From an uncultured Methanomethylovorans sp. (GTDB taxonomy: Archaea > Halobacteriota > Methanosarcinia > Methanosarcinales > Methanosarcinaceae): DNA of 40,000 nt. The stretch covers positions 2,368,913-2,408,912 of the forward strand of contig NZ_OY782867.2 of NCBI RefSeq assembly GCF_963678545.2, in the 5' to 3' direction. A program made the translations under genes and the position numbers. The stretch's first letter is position 1. Each line of letters opens with the position of its first letter. Below are positions 1 to 9,292 of the stretch, one piece after another. Below the pieces are notes generated by a model. It saw only the letters and a program-made list of their open reading frames with translations. It did not search any database and was not told where the DNA came from.

Positions 1-488
1 TTGGAAAGGGTGTATCTACCAGTAGGGATGTGATGTTGTTCGACCTGAGTAGCTACAAACCAACGGATACTGTATCCAAGGCAACCCTATCGCTCTACTG
101 GTATTACCCAGCAGGTGCTACCCGCACTTCTGATACTGTAGTAGATATCTATAGGCCAGCAGTTGAATGGGATCCAAAGTATGTGAGTTGGAACAATTAT
201 GCATCCGGTAAGCTGTGGACTACAGCCGGAGGCGATTGGTTCGATAAGAATGGAGTTCCCCAGGGCAGCACACCGTATGCCTCTGTGACTTTCCTGAAGG
301 GCACTGTGCCTGACAACAGATACTATGAGTTTGATGTCACAAAGCTTGTGCAGGAATATATAAAGGGTACGTACAAGAACACCGGTTTCTTCATCAAGGC
401 AAGAGATGAGAGTGGCAATTACATTGCTTTCTATAGCTCGGACTATTCAAATACTGCCATGAGACCGAAACTAACCGTAACTCGATGA
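1..488 (+). CDS. C-terminal part of a DNRLRE-domain (disaggregatase-related, surface/carbohydrate-binding type) protein; the 5' end lies outside the window
   Basis: The frame is open from nt 3 to the TGA at 486-488. The pattern ...RDVMLFDLSSY...ATLSLYWYY...WNNY...GGDW...FDVTKLVQEY...GFFIKA resembles DNRLRE domains as I recall them from Methanosarcinales surface proteins. A hairpin plus T9 follows. Confidence 0.55.
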   Translation, partial: GKGVSTSRDVMLFDLSSYKPTDTVSKATLSLYWYYPAGATRTSDTVVDIYRPAVEWDPKYVSWNNYASGKLWTTAGGDWFDKNGVPQGSTPYASVTFLKGTVPDNRYYEFDVTKLVQEYIKGTYKNTGFFIKARDESGNYIAFYSSDYSNTAMRPKLTVTR

Positions 489-524
489 CAAGAAAATATG
501 ACCTTAAGTAGGCAGAAGATATTT

Positions 525-553
525 TGAGCGATTAAAATCGCTCATTTTTTTTT
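525..553 (+). terminator. Hairpin (tgagcgatt/aatcgctca) followed by a T9 tract
   Basis: A 9-bp perfect stem at 525-533/536-544 is followed directly by nine T at 545-553, 37 nt after the stop of the upstream CDS. Confidence 0.6.
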
Positions 554-597
554 ATTCATATGTTTTTAGTGATATTATATATATTTTATTAACAACT

Positions 598-726
598 GCT
601 ATGTAGAAAACATATTAAATCAACATCATTAGCCTGAAATACCTGTTATGGAACGATATATACAGACACATTTCGTAAAAATGTCAATTTGATTAGTTCC
701 TCGAAAAGAAAGGATTTCTACAGAGC
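598..726. mobile_element. MITE-like, non-coding relic with termini matching the ISH1-type IS at 17061-18060
   Basis: gctatgtagaaa (598-609) and tttctacagagc (715-726) are inverted repeats matching 11 of 12 positions. The right end shares the 13-mer atttctacagagc with the IS right end at 18047-18059. There is no ORF inside and no clear TSD. Confidence 0.4.
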
Positions 727-1449
727 TTTGCTGAAATCAGCGAGGCTTTCTTAGACAGTGACTATTACTTACAGGATAGAATTTAATTCATATCCTTGTA
801 CATGTAGATACCTTAGGTTAATCATAATACAAGAAAAAACGTATCATAAGGACGTGTGACTTGTGGTGGGGTGCCCGTCACCCACCACGTATGGCTCTAT
901 TTCCCATAGGGTGTGAACCAGAACGGTGTGTACCTCCATTCCAGTTCTATTGGAAAGAAGATTCAGGCAGATAAAAGCATTTGGATGCTGTTCAATGCTC
1001 TGGTTTCGATATGCAGCGAACTCTTAGTAAAGTCGCTTTCTCTTTCATTGGCAGGCAGGAAAATCTCAGGTATGTTACTATGGGTATGAGGGAGAAAACC
1101 TTGCCAAAGGGCTGTATAACAATGCTGGCATGGTTTATGTGGGTCAAATGACAACTGGCTTATAGCAGTGTACCAGACAACTTCATATGCTCCAAATAGA
1201 TGACCAATTCATTCAGCAGTGGGCTTCACGATACTGTGACATAATATCGGTGACGATGAGGAAGAGTACAATCTGATTCTGAGTAAAGTCAGTGACGAAA
1301 TATCACACATGACACCCTCTCACAAGAGACGTTCGAACGAATAGCTGATTGGAAGTCGTCCCACGTCATACACAAGGTAAAGTGGGAAGACTTTGGGCTA
1401 TACAAGACTGCCATAAAGTATTCATTGGAAGTACCCGGTCATATGAATC

Positions 1450-2229
1450 ATGGTCCTGTACCTTCCTAGTTATTTCCAAGATTCTACTAAGGTACAGGAC
1501 TATCATATTTCTTTGGGAGAATATAAGGAAGCGTTGCAAGCGTACGATAAAGCTATTGAACTTGATCCGCAGTATGCCTCTGCTTGGAACAACAAAGCTT
1601 ATACTCTCCATGAGTTGGGAAGAGATGAAGAAGCACAAAAGGCATTTGATAAAGCCAAGGAACTTGATTCACGGTTGGGCCTAGCTGGAAATAATAATTC
1701 TTTGTTTGATTCTGGCACATGGTATGACAAAGCGACGGTCCTTCTTGATACGGGTAAATATGAAGAAGCGCTACAAGCTTTTAATAAAGCCATAGAAATG
1801 GATGCAGATGATGCATATACATGGGCTGGTAAAAGTAAGTCTCTTTGGGCTATGGGTAGATATGAAGAAGCAATGCAAGCCTATGATAAAGCAGAGGAAC
1901 TTGATTCAGTGATACTCGTGTATTTCACACCATACACACCAAATTACAATGGTGGATCGGATCTAAAAATAGAAAACAGTCCAGAGTGCCCCATCCAAGT
2001 ATTCTGGCTCAGGCAGGGTTCAAATAATCCAGTTTTCCTTGTTTATGTCAAAAGCGGAGAAACGTGTAATGTTAAAATTCCCGCTGGCACCTATGAGGAA
2101 CACATCGCAGCATATTGCTCTACTGGAATAATGAAAAGTATAGAGTCTGGTACTGCTATTCGATCAAATTCCGAGTATAGTGTTGAGTACTATATCAAAA
2201 CTACAACAATGCCTGGATTGCTTGGATAA
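1450..2229 (+). CDS. TPR-repeat protein with a non-TPR beta-rich C-terminal domain; the N-terminus is uncertain and may be truncated
   Basis: At least four 34-residue TPR-like units are present, each of the form (G.YEEALQAYDKAIELDP...W..KA..L). The region upstream (1150-1450) is broken in all frames. Confidence 0.6.
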   Translation: MVLYLPSYFQDSTKVQDYHISLGEYKEALQAYDKAIELDPQYASAWNNKAYTLHELGRDEEAQKAFDKAKELDSRLGLAGNNNSLFDSGTWYDKATVLLDTGKYEEALQAFNKAIEMDADDAYTWAGKSKSLWAMGRYEEAMQAYDKAEELDSVILVYFTPYTPNYNGGSDLKIENSPECPIQVFWLRQGSNNPVFLVYVKSGETCNVKIPAGTYEEHIAAYCSTGIMKSIESGTAIRSNSEYSVEYYIKTTTMPGLLG

Positions 2230-2234
2230 ACAAT

Positions 2235-3114
2235 GAGCCTGTATCAAAACTATAAATACTATTTCTCTGAATGTTATTGTGGGGATATGAATGGAATTCA
2301 GAGAACTCTCTGATGATCAATGGAAGTTTATAAAGCCACACTTGCCACCACAACCAATTACCGGAAGAAAGAGAGCTGATGACCGTAAGGTCATCAATGG
2401 TATTCTCTTTGTTCTGATAACAGGTTGCAGATGGGGAGATATGCCAGCTATTTATGATTCCCAGGCAACTGCCTGGAGAAGGCTGAAAAGGTGGTCAGAG
2501 GAAGGTATATGGAACGAGATAATGGAATCCCTTCGGGATTCCGCTTACCAGAAAGGTAAGTTCTCATTGGATACAGTGTGTATCGATAGCAGTTTCATCG
2601 AAACTAAAAAAGGGGAGATGACTCCTCGTACAACGGTCACAAGAAAAGAAAAGGCATAAAGATCCATGCATGTGTAAGTTGTGAAGGTTTTCCACTTACA
2701 ATCCAAATATCTTCTGGAAAAGAGCACGATAGACAGCACTTCATTGAAGTTATGGAGGATATTAAGGTTAAGACCGATGGAAGACCAAGGACAAGACCTC
2801 TTGAAGTTCTGGCAGACGCTGCGTACGACGATACAGAAATCAGGCAGTACTTAAGGTCCAGAGCTATCAAAAGCAACATACCGATCAATACAAGGAACAG
2901 TAAAAGAAAGAAAAGAGGAAGACCTACTCGATTTGATGAAGAAACATATCATTACAGAGGAACTATAGAACGATTCTTTGCATGGTTGAAGATGGGATTT
3001 AGAAAATTAGCAAGTAGATATGAACGTCTTAATGTGGTTTTCAAAGGATTGTTAGATATTGCATGTTTCCTGTTGTGTTGGAAAAAGGTGTGAGTGAAGT
3101 TTTGAAATAGGCTC
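2235..3114 (+). mobile_element. IS5-family insertion sequence (IS427/IS1031-like group), 880 bp
   Basis: The 17-bp terminal IRs are gagcctgtatcaaaact (2235-2251) and agttttgaaataggctc (3098-3114), matching 15 of 17. Flanking aat/aat is a possible 3-bp TSD. The element encodes a two-frame DDE transposase. Confidence 0.8.
2291..3093 (+). CDS. IS5-family transposase OrfAB, joined by a programmed -1 frameshift at the A6G run (2606-2612)
   Basis: OrfA (2291-2659) ends ...DSSFIETKKG. The -1 frame is open from 2608 and reads KRGDDSSYNGHKKRKGIKIHACV...ADAAYD...RGTIERFFAWLK, which continues into the tracked ORF 2752-3093. This is the typical split transposase of the DUF4096 + DDE_Tnp_1 type. Confidence 0.8.
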
Positions 3115-3326
3115 AATAAAAGATGATAGAAAAGCCATCGACTTGATTCATAATCTGTTTTATATTGTGTAACAAAACCTACAATCTTGAAGAACTTGAC
3201 AAGATTTAAAAACTCATGCATGTTTTGATAAGGCTAAGGAACTGGGATATAATGAGTAAATATCCCATATCAATTTTATAATAATCCTTCACCTAACCAC
3301 ACCAATGCAATTACCATCGAGCCACT

Positions 3327-3492
3327 GTGTGTTCCAATGTTACTATTGACTGGACTGTTCGTAATAATGTCCGTGTAGAGATGCGTGTGCTTGTGAAGCG
3401 CATACAGTATCACTGGACAGCAGGAGAAGGCTACTCAGGCTGTCTTGACGCAGGTAGAAGTGCTGTCACAGGAATGGGCAGCAGTAACTTGA
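3327..3492 (+). pseudogene. hsdR: Relic of the extreme C-terminus of a type I restriction enzyme R subunit (HsdR), frameshifted
   Basis: Frame 0 reads ...TIDWTVRNNVRVEMRVLVKRI. After a +1 shift near 3400 the next frame reads YSITGQQEKATQAVLTQVEVLSQEWAAVT*. Together these match the conserved HsdR C-terminal tail pattern (IDWT.R..VRA.LR..VKR.L.KY.YPPD..E.A...VL.QAE). No upstream HsdR body is present. Confidence 0.55.
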
Positions 3493-3609
3493 AAGGAATT
3501 TACAGCAAAATAGAAATACACAGCAAACTGATGGTAAACTGAGTTTTGAATCCACTTCAATAAGAATATAATATATACAGCATCTCTGGAAAACTGTATA
3601 TGGTTGGCC

Positions 3610-3879
3610 TTAAAGCTCAAAGTCATCTATAATTTTTAATATAACTTTATATTGTTTGAGGTATTCAAAACCTTTCTTTTTTAGCCTATAGTGTTGCTTG
3701 CAATCTATTGTATGAATTTCAACGAATCCTTTCTCTATTAATTCTGTTATATAGTAATCAAATTGACTTGATGACAAATTGGACTTACGAAGAAGAGGAG
3801 TTGGCCTAATGAGATTCTCATTTTTACTAATTAGAGACAAAATATCATATATTATCTCTAATCGTTCTCTTCTTTTCAT
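3610..3879 (-). CDS. Small winged-helix DNA-binding protein
   Basis: MKRRERLEIIYDILSLI...LLRKSNLSSSQFDYYITELIEKGFVE...YRLKKKGFEYL is a wHTH-like pattern. I chose the ATG at 3879, which overlaps the stop of the upstream membrane ORF (TAATG), rather than the tracked start at 3939. Confidence 0.55.
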   Translation of the reverse strand: MKRRERLEIIYDILSLISKNENLIRPTPLLRKSNLSSSQFDYYITELIEKGFVEIHTIDCKQHYRLKKKGFEYLKQYKVILKIIDDFEL

Positions 3880-4547
3880 TAAGTTTTGACCTCTTTCCAA
3901 ATAATTAAAAATAGTGCAATTTGAAAAAGAAACACACAAAGATCAATGAAAAGACTATGGTAAATAGGGTATCCAATCAATTGAATCAAGTTTATTGTGT
4001 AGGATAAAATGAGCAAATTGTAAACAATAAAATAGCTGAATACTTTAGAACTCTGCTTTGTTTTCTTATACATTGTGTAGAAGAAAAGTAGAGGAACAAA
4101 TAGAATAGGAAATGAAATGAAAGGGAATAGTATTAGCCCAAATATCACTATTAAGGGTATGGCTCTTTTATCATTTGCTAATATTCTATAAATCTTGGTG
4201 TGCTTTCTTTTGATATCTTCAAAGAAGAAAGTCATAATATAATTATATAAAAATAAAACTAAAACCACTACTAGAAAATGTAATATTATAATTTCTATTA
4301 TGTGTGGAAGATATAAGCTTTTAATATCATCAATTTGTACACTTTTTATTTGGTCAATTCTCAACAAATAGATAAAGAAAAATGAAAATATAAGAGACAT
4401 AAAAGAATTCTTGAAATATTTCAATCCTTCATATCCCGTTAATTCATAATATTTATTGAGTTGCCAGTATATAGAACCTAAAATAATCTCGATAACTAAT
4501 AGGAAAAAAGATGTGGCTAAAATGGTAATTTCTGGAGTGAAATACAT
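3879..4547 (-). CDS. Polytopic membrane protein of unknown function
   Basis: This 222-aa ORF has about 6 hydrophobic segments and is very AT-rich. It appears translationally coupled to the wHTH gene. Confidence 0.45.
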   Translation of the reverse strand: MYFTPEITILATSFFLLVIEIILGSIYWQLNKYYELTGYEGLKYFKNSFMSLIFSFFFIYLLRIDQIKSVQIDDIKSLYLPHIIEIIILHFLVVVLVLFLYNYIMTFFFEDIKRKHTKIYRILANDKRAIPLIVIFGLILFPFISFPILFVPLLFFYTMYKKTKQSSKVFSYFIVYNLLILSYTINLIQLIGYPIYHSLFIDLCVFLFQIALFLIIWKEVKT

Positions 4548-4653
4548 AATTATCTTTTTGTATAGTGTTCTACATTAGTTATCTAGCTTGAAATATATAG
4601 TTAGAGGTTTTGAGCATACATACACAAAACCTCAATCGTTCTTAAGGAAACTT

Positions 4654-5865
4654 TCACTCATACCTCAAAGCGTCTACGGGTTTCATCTTTGATGCATTGT
4701 AAGCAGGGATTATACCTGATACTACACCTATTAAGACAGCTAAAGATATCCCTTCTACCGCTAGAGAAGGTGCAATTGACATACTAAGTCCTAGCAGCGG
4801 CCCCATTATGTATGTAAGAATCACACTTAATATTATGCCGATAAGTCCTCCTACAAAACCTACCATTCCTGAATTGAATACGAATATCATCAATATATCC
4901 TTATTCGTAGCTCCAATTGCTTTCATGGTACCGATTTCCTTTGTCTTTTCCATCACAGAAGTAAACATCGTATTAGCAATACCAACTGAACCTACTACTA
5001 AGGATACTCCAGCTATAGCTCCGAGGAAGAGGCTTATAGATGACAGCATCTCGGTTACAGTATCCGCCATTGATAATGAATCTGATACCGTAAAATCTCT
5101 GTCGTTCTCGTTCATTACATTTCTTGAGATCATGAGTTTAGTTTCAATTTCTTCTTTTGTTGCTTTTACATTATTTACATCGTTTACCTGCACAACAATT
5201 GAGTCATAAACTTCATTCTCTGCATCTGTTATTATACCAACAGCTGCATCTATAGGCATATAAACAGCATTATCATCTTCTCCGTCTTCAAGTATGCCTA
5301 CTATTCGAACGGATTTTCCATTAATTTTAACTATTCTATTCACACTGATCTGATTATCAAAAATTTCATGGGCAACACTATAACCTATGACTGCAACATT
5401 ATTGTCCGCTGGATCAAGCATCCTTCCAGATTCCAGATTATATGTGGACATATACTGCCATACCTGTGGATCAACACCGGTTATGGAGAGACTTGCAGAT
5501 TCACCCATAAAGGAAACAGTATTGTCACTTCCCGATATACGCCCATCGATATAGGAAATATTGCCTATCAGCTTAATAGCTCTTATATCCTTTTTAGTAA
5601 GTTCAGCATCTGTAAAGGAACCACCACCCATCCCCGGTGGTCCCATTACTGAAGACGCCTTGCTATATCCAGGTGTGATCGTAATTACGGTTAGGTCGAA
5701 TTCCGACATACGCTCTTTCATGTCTGCAGACATACTATCGCTAATAGAAAGTATAGTTACGACCGAAGCTATGCCTATCACTATTCCTATAATTGTGAGC
5801 CAGCTGCGGATCTTACTATGATACAGAATGCTTAAAGCCATCTTCAGATAGCCGCTGCTCTTCAT
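4654..5865 (-). CDS. ABC transporter permease, FtsX/MacB-like
   Basis: Architecture is an N-terminal TM helix, a large extracytoplasmic domain (MacB_PCD-like), and a C-terminal 3-TM FtsX-type region ending ...PAYNASKMKPVDALRYE. Confidence 0.85.
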   Translation of the reverse strand: MKSSGYLKMALSILYHSKIRSWLTIIGIVIGIASVVTILSISDSMSADMKERMSEFDLTVITITPGYSKASSVMGPPGMGGGSFTDAELTKKDIRAIKLIGNISYIDGRISGSDNTVSFMGESASLSITGVDPQVWQYMSTYNLESGRMLDPADNNVAVIGYSVAHEIFDNQISVNRIVKINGKSVRIVGILEDGEDDNAVYMPIDAAVGIITDAENEVYDSIVVQVNDVNNVKATKEEIETKLMISRNVMNENDRDFTVSDSLSMADTVTEMLSSISLFLGAIAGVSLVVGSVGIANTMFTSVMEKTKEIGTMKAIGATNKDILMIFVFNSGMVGFVGGLIGIILSVILTYIMGPLLGLSMSIAPSLAVEGISLAVLIGVVSGIIPAYNASKMKPVDALRYE

Positions 5866-5867
5866 TG

Positions 5868-7175
5868 TTAATTACCTTCTTTCTTTTTTCCATGTTGTAA
5901 AAGTGATCTCAGCTTTTGAACTGCAGCAGGATTTTCACCATGCTTTTTTCTGTAATACATGACATATCCTGCAAGAGCTACTGCTATCACAATGATGTAT
6001 ACGATTGAGCTTGAGCTTGCTGAATTATTTTGTAGATTAGAATTTGCTGAGGTTGTATTCCCTGAGACCTGAACTGATTTTTCTACTGTATTCCTCTGAC
6101 CTGCAGAGTCTGTGTATTCTATCAAAACATTTAGTTCATTGCTGGTTTCTGACGTATTTATGCTTGATTTCCCATTAGAAGTGCTTTGAGTATCTCCTTC
6201 CTTTGCTATTGCAAAAGAGGCAATTGTATAGTCGCCTTTTTCCAGATTACCTACAATTGAAGAAGAACTGCCTGATACAGTATAACCATCCTGTTCAGGG
6301 ATAGATACTTTGACTGAATAAGCCTCATTATTGCCTATATTAGCAACTGAGAAAGACATCTCTCCATCGGAATTATCTGAGAATGCAACATCGAAATCCG
6401 TCCCGCCTCCTACAAATAATCCAGCTTTCGTTGAAATTGTACTGATATCCGAGTTATAGTCCTCTACCTGAAGAGTAACATTCAATTGATAAAGACCAGG
6501 ATTGGCATTCACATCAGCCATTACTATATAACTAACAGTTACAGATTGATTGGCAGCAAGATAGCTAATGTATTTGGTATTCGATGAATATACAGGTAAA
6601 ATCGTTCCTGTGGAATCATCCCAGGATATCTGCATATTCTTCAAAGGTGAACTTCCGGTGTTTGTAACTACAAAATCAAGTTGCTCCTCGGTTGCAAAGT
6701 CTATATTGGATTTGCTAATTGTCACAATCTGAGCGTATTCCTTACCTCTTACTTCAATATTCAGTGTAGTTGTTTTAGTTGAACCACTTGAATCAGTACT
6801 AACAACGTCCAACTTATATGTGCCTGGTGGCACGTCAGCGTCTACCTTCAGCTTCAATTTTACTGTTGCAGCTTCATCGTCATCCTGTCTGGCATTGAGG
6901 TAAGGTATTGTTTTAGTCAATGATTCGCCATTTACCTGTGAGAATGGATATTCCGGTTGTGCAGTTAGGACGATGTTTTTAAGATTCTCATTTCCAAAGT
7001 TCTGTACACTAAGAGTAAGTTCAACTGTTTCACCTGGTCTTGCAGGGTTTGGAGTTTGGCTCATTATCGATACACTTACTCCCGAAGCATCCACAGAACT
7101 ACTTGCAGCAGCAACAGTTGAGATGCTGAATAACATCAAAAGTATGAATATAAACAGTTTTTTCATTCTAGTCAC
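5868..7175 (-). CDS. Secreted, repetitive beta-rich surface protein (COG1361/S-layer-domain-like) with a C-terminal TM anchor
   Basis: A signal peptide (MKKLFIFILLMLFSISTVAAA) is followed by repeated ...PG.Y.L.V... beta-sandwich-like modules, a Ser/Asn-rich linker and a C-terminal TM helix with a basic tail. It sits between the ABC ATPase and permease, as in the known archaeal operon arrangement. Confidence 0.7.
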   Translation of the reverse strand: MTRMKKLFIFILLMLFSISTVAAASSSVDASGVSVSIMSQTPNPARPGETVELTLSVQNFGNENLKNIVLTAQPEYPFSQVNGESLTKTIPYLNARQDDDEAATVKLKLKVDADVPPGTYKLDVVSTDSSGSTKTTTLNIEVRGKEYAQIVTISKSNIDFATEEQLDFVVTNTGSSPLKNMQISWDDSTGTILPVYSSNTKYISYLAANQSVTVSYIVMADVNANPGLYQLNVTLQVEDYNSDISTISTKAGLFVGGGTDFDVAFSDNSDGEMSFSVANIGNNEAYSVKVSIPEQDGYTVSGSSSSIVGNLEKGDYTIASFAIAKEGDTQSTSNGKSSINTSETSNELNVLIEYTDSAGQRNTVEKSVQVSGNTTSANSNLQNNSASSSSIVYIIVIAVALAGYVMYYRKKHGENPAAVQKLRSLLQHGKKKEGN

Positions 7176-7176
7176 C

Positions 7177-7914
7177 TTAATTGTTTTTTCTTTCCTCTAT
7201 TGATTCTACTACTCCATCCTTGATGTGAAAGACTCGTTCGGCGTATCTGACAAGACTCACATCGTGTGTTACAATGATAATCGTCTTTCCTTCTTTCCTA
7301 TGTAAGTCACTTAAGAAATCAAGAATGTATGTTCCTGTTTTGCTATCGAGGTTACCTGTGGGTTCATCAGCCAGTATAATCTCGGGATCAACAGCTAGGG
7401 ATCTAGCAATTGCAACTCTCTGTCTCTGGCCACCAGACAATTGTGATGGTAGATTACGCGCTTTCTGTTCCAAGCCTACCATTTCTAATAGTTTAGTGGC
7501 TTTCTCAGTAGCAAAAGAAGAATTCGCTTCCTGGAATTCTAAAGGAAGCATTACATTTTCGAGTGTGTTTAAAGTGGGTAGCAGGTTGAACTGCTGGAAA
7601 ATGAAACCTATCATTTTACCTCTAATGATCGCAAGTTCAGATTCACCAAGCTGTGAGATATCTTTTCCATTGAGAAAAACAGTGCCTTTACTTGGTATAT
7701 CAAGGCAGCCTAGCAAGTTCATCAAAGTACTTTTACCACTACCGCTTGGACCCAGTATGATCACAAACTCGCCTTTAGATATAGTTAGATCGATGCCCTT
7801 CAAAGCAGCGAATTCAGTTTCTCCCATCTGGTAGATCTTCCAAACATCCTCCAGTTTAAGGAGTGTAGAAGAATTAGTATTGTTATTCACATCTTCATCT
7901 AAATTATCAACCAT
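7177..7914 (-). CDS. ABC transporter ATP-binding protein (MacB/LolD-like)
   Basis: Motifs seen: Walker A GPSGSGKST, Q-loop FQQFNL, signature LSGGQRQRVAIAR, Walker B ILADEPTGNLD, and H-loop VTHD. Confidence 0.95.
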   Translation of the reverse strand: MVDNLDEDVNNNTNSSTLLKLEDVWKIYQMGETEFAALKGIDLTISKGEFVIILGPSGSGKSTLMNLLGCLDIPSKGTVFLNGKDISQLGESELAIIRGKMIGFIFQQFNLLPTLNTLENVMLPLEFQEANSSFATEKATKLLEMVGLEQKARNLPSQLSGGQRQRVAIARSLAVDPEIILADEPTGNLDSKTGTYILDFLSDLHRKEGKTIIIVTHDVSLVRYAERVFHIKDGVVESIEERKNN

Positions 7915-8797
7915 AAGGAAATCTCCTTATTTTAGATTCTGGAAGAAACAGATGGAGATGGAACCTGCTCTGTACTATTGAACCAGCTTTTTGCCATATT
8001 CCATACTAACAGATTGAATCGCCTTTTATCAAGGACAGTATAATTCTTTAACCTGTAACTTTTTTTCACAATATCTCTCCATTATATACCACTAATCTAC
8101 TTTTTAGTCAATCTCCTCAAAGGAGGCATCCACAGGAGAGTGAAATGCCTCCTATTCCCTCCTTTTGTGGTGCCACTCATAGGAGTTTGGGATGGCTGTG
8201 TTGGGTGGTACCTCACATCTGTTTTGATGAAAGGCAATCTATACATTGTTAAAATGATTATAAATAAAAAGTGGAGATTAGCTCCACATTGACATAATTA
8301 TGGGACTGTGGGAGTATTGAGTCAATAGATACCTTTTTTACTACTTGTGGTGATGCGAATATTTACAAATCGATATCCATAATTGGTCTTACAAGTAACT
8401 TATTTGTACTTTGAATCAATGAAAAATAGATTGATCTTGAACATTCACTTTTATTGCATAATTTACTGTTTTTTCTGTTTTCTCACATCAATAAGCAGTA
8501 TTATAATAATATCAAATTTAATAGGTGCTTTTTTCGTGTTAAATTAATTTCTGTTATATACGAATAATCATTGCATTTTAGTATCATACGAAACTAATAT
8601 ATACTTATGATGCTAGTAGGTAGTTATTAGTCTCCTATGGAACGATCTATCTACGTAGATATCAGCTTATTGAAAGTTATTTCGGAATACTGAGTGACAA
8701 ATAATAATATTGCACAAAATCATTTCAGTTTCATATGTTACTATCTATTTAATATACCCAATTTCAACAAAAACCAGTCAGATTCTGAAAGTGAAGG

Positions 8798-9262
8798 ATG
8801 AATATGGATGATGCAATAATGCTACTAGGTCCGATTGCTCATATCTATCGAAGCAATTTAGCCTATATGACAAAAGAACTCGAAACTTATCAAATTGGAA
8901 GCGGTCAATTTGAGTTTTTACTGGTTTTATATCACCAAGATGGTATCTCCCAAGAAGCCATTGCAAAACTCCTGAAAGTGAGCAAAGCAACAAGTGCTAG
9001 ATCAATCCAAAGTCTTGAACAAGAAGGTTATGTTTACAGGCAAAGGGATGAAAATGATCTTCGGGCTTACAAGGTTTATCTTACTGAAAAAGGTAAGGGA
9101 ATAAGGAATGTAATTTTGCAAAAACAAGCCTCTTTAATTAACATTCTGTTTTCGGATTTTTCGTATGAAGAAAAAGAAATATTTAAACTACTTATCCACA
9201 AAGCTGCTATTAAACTTTTTGAGCCTGGCTTCGAGCCTCCATCTGATAAGCGAGTGGGATGA
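8798..9262 (+). CDS. MarR-family transcriptional regulator
   Basis: LG.TQFEFLLVLY..DGISQEAIAKLLKVSKATSARSIQSLEQEGYVYRQRDENDLRAYKVYLTEKG is a typical MarR wHTH. It lies immediately upstream of an efflux pump. Confidence 0.85.
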   Translation: MNMDDAIMLLGPIAHIYRSNLAYMTKELETYQIGSGQFEFLLVLYHQDGISQEAIAKLLKVSKATSARSIQSLEQEGYVYRQRDENDLRAYKVYLTEKGKGIRNVILQKQASLINILFSDFSYEEKEIFKLLIHKAAIKLFEPGFEPPSDKRVG

Positions 9263-9292
9263 AATTAACTGAAAAACTGCAGAGATGACAAA

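Noticed and set aside
645-672. An 11-mer, tatggaacgat, is shared between 648-658 and 8639-8649.
   Set aside because: Many exact 11-mer coincidences are expected by chance in 40 kb of AT-rich DNA, and the flanks do not align.
860-935. There is apparent similarity between 860-935 (plus strand) and the reverse complement of about 8150-8215, seen as cacccaccac...cccatagggtgtgaacca versus cacccaacac...cctatgagtggcacca. This could be a repeated small element or an ncRNA family.
   Set aside because: By eye the match is only about 60% and has gaps. I could not define ends or a conserved structure. It needs a real alignment or a genome-wide repeat search.
963-1684. Small tracked ORFs at 963-1154 (minus), 1349-1684 (plus) and 1366-1638 (minus), upstream of and overlapping the TPR gene.
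   Set aside because: None has a recognisable motif, they overlap one another, and the region looks like degraded sequence. Only the TPR frame shows repeat structure.
4808-7834. Long antisense ORFs inside the ABC permease, the COG1361 protein and the ABC ATPase genes: 4808-5209, 5368-5652, 5561-5821, 6973-7203 and 7274-7834.
   Set aside because: They are shadow ORFs opposite genes with clear motifs, and they have no independent support.
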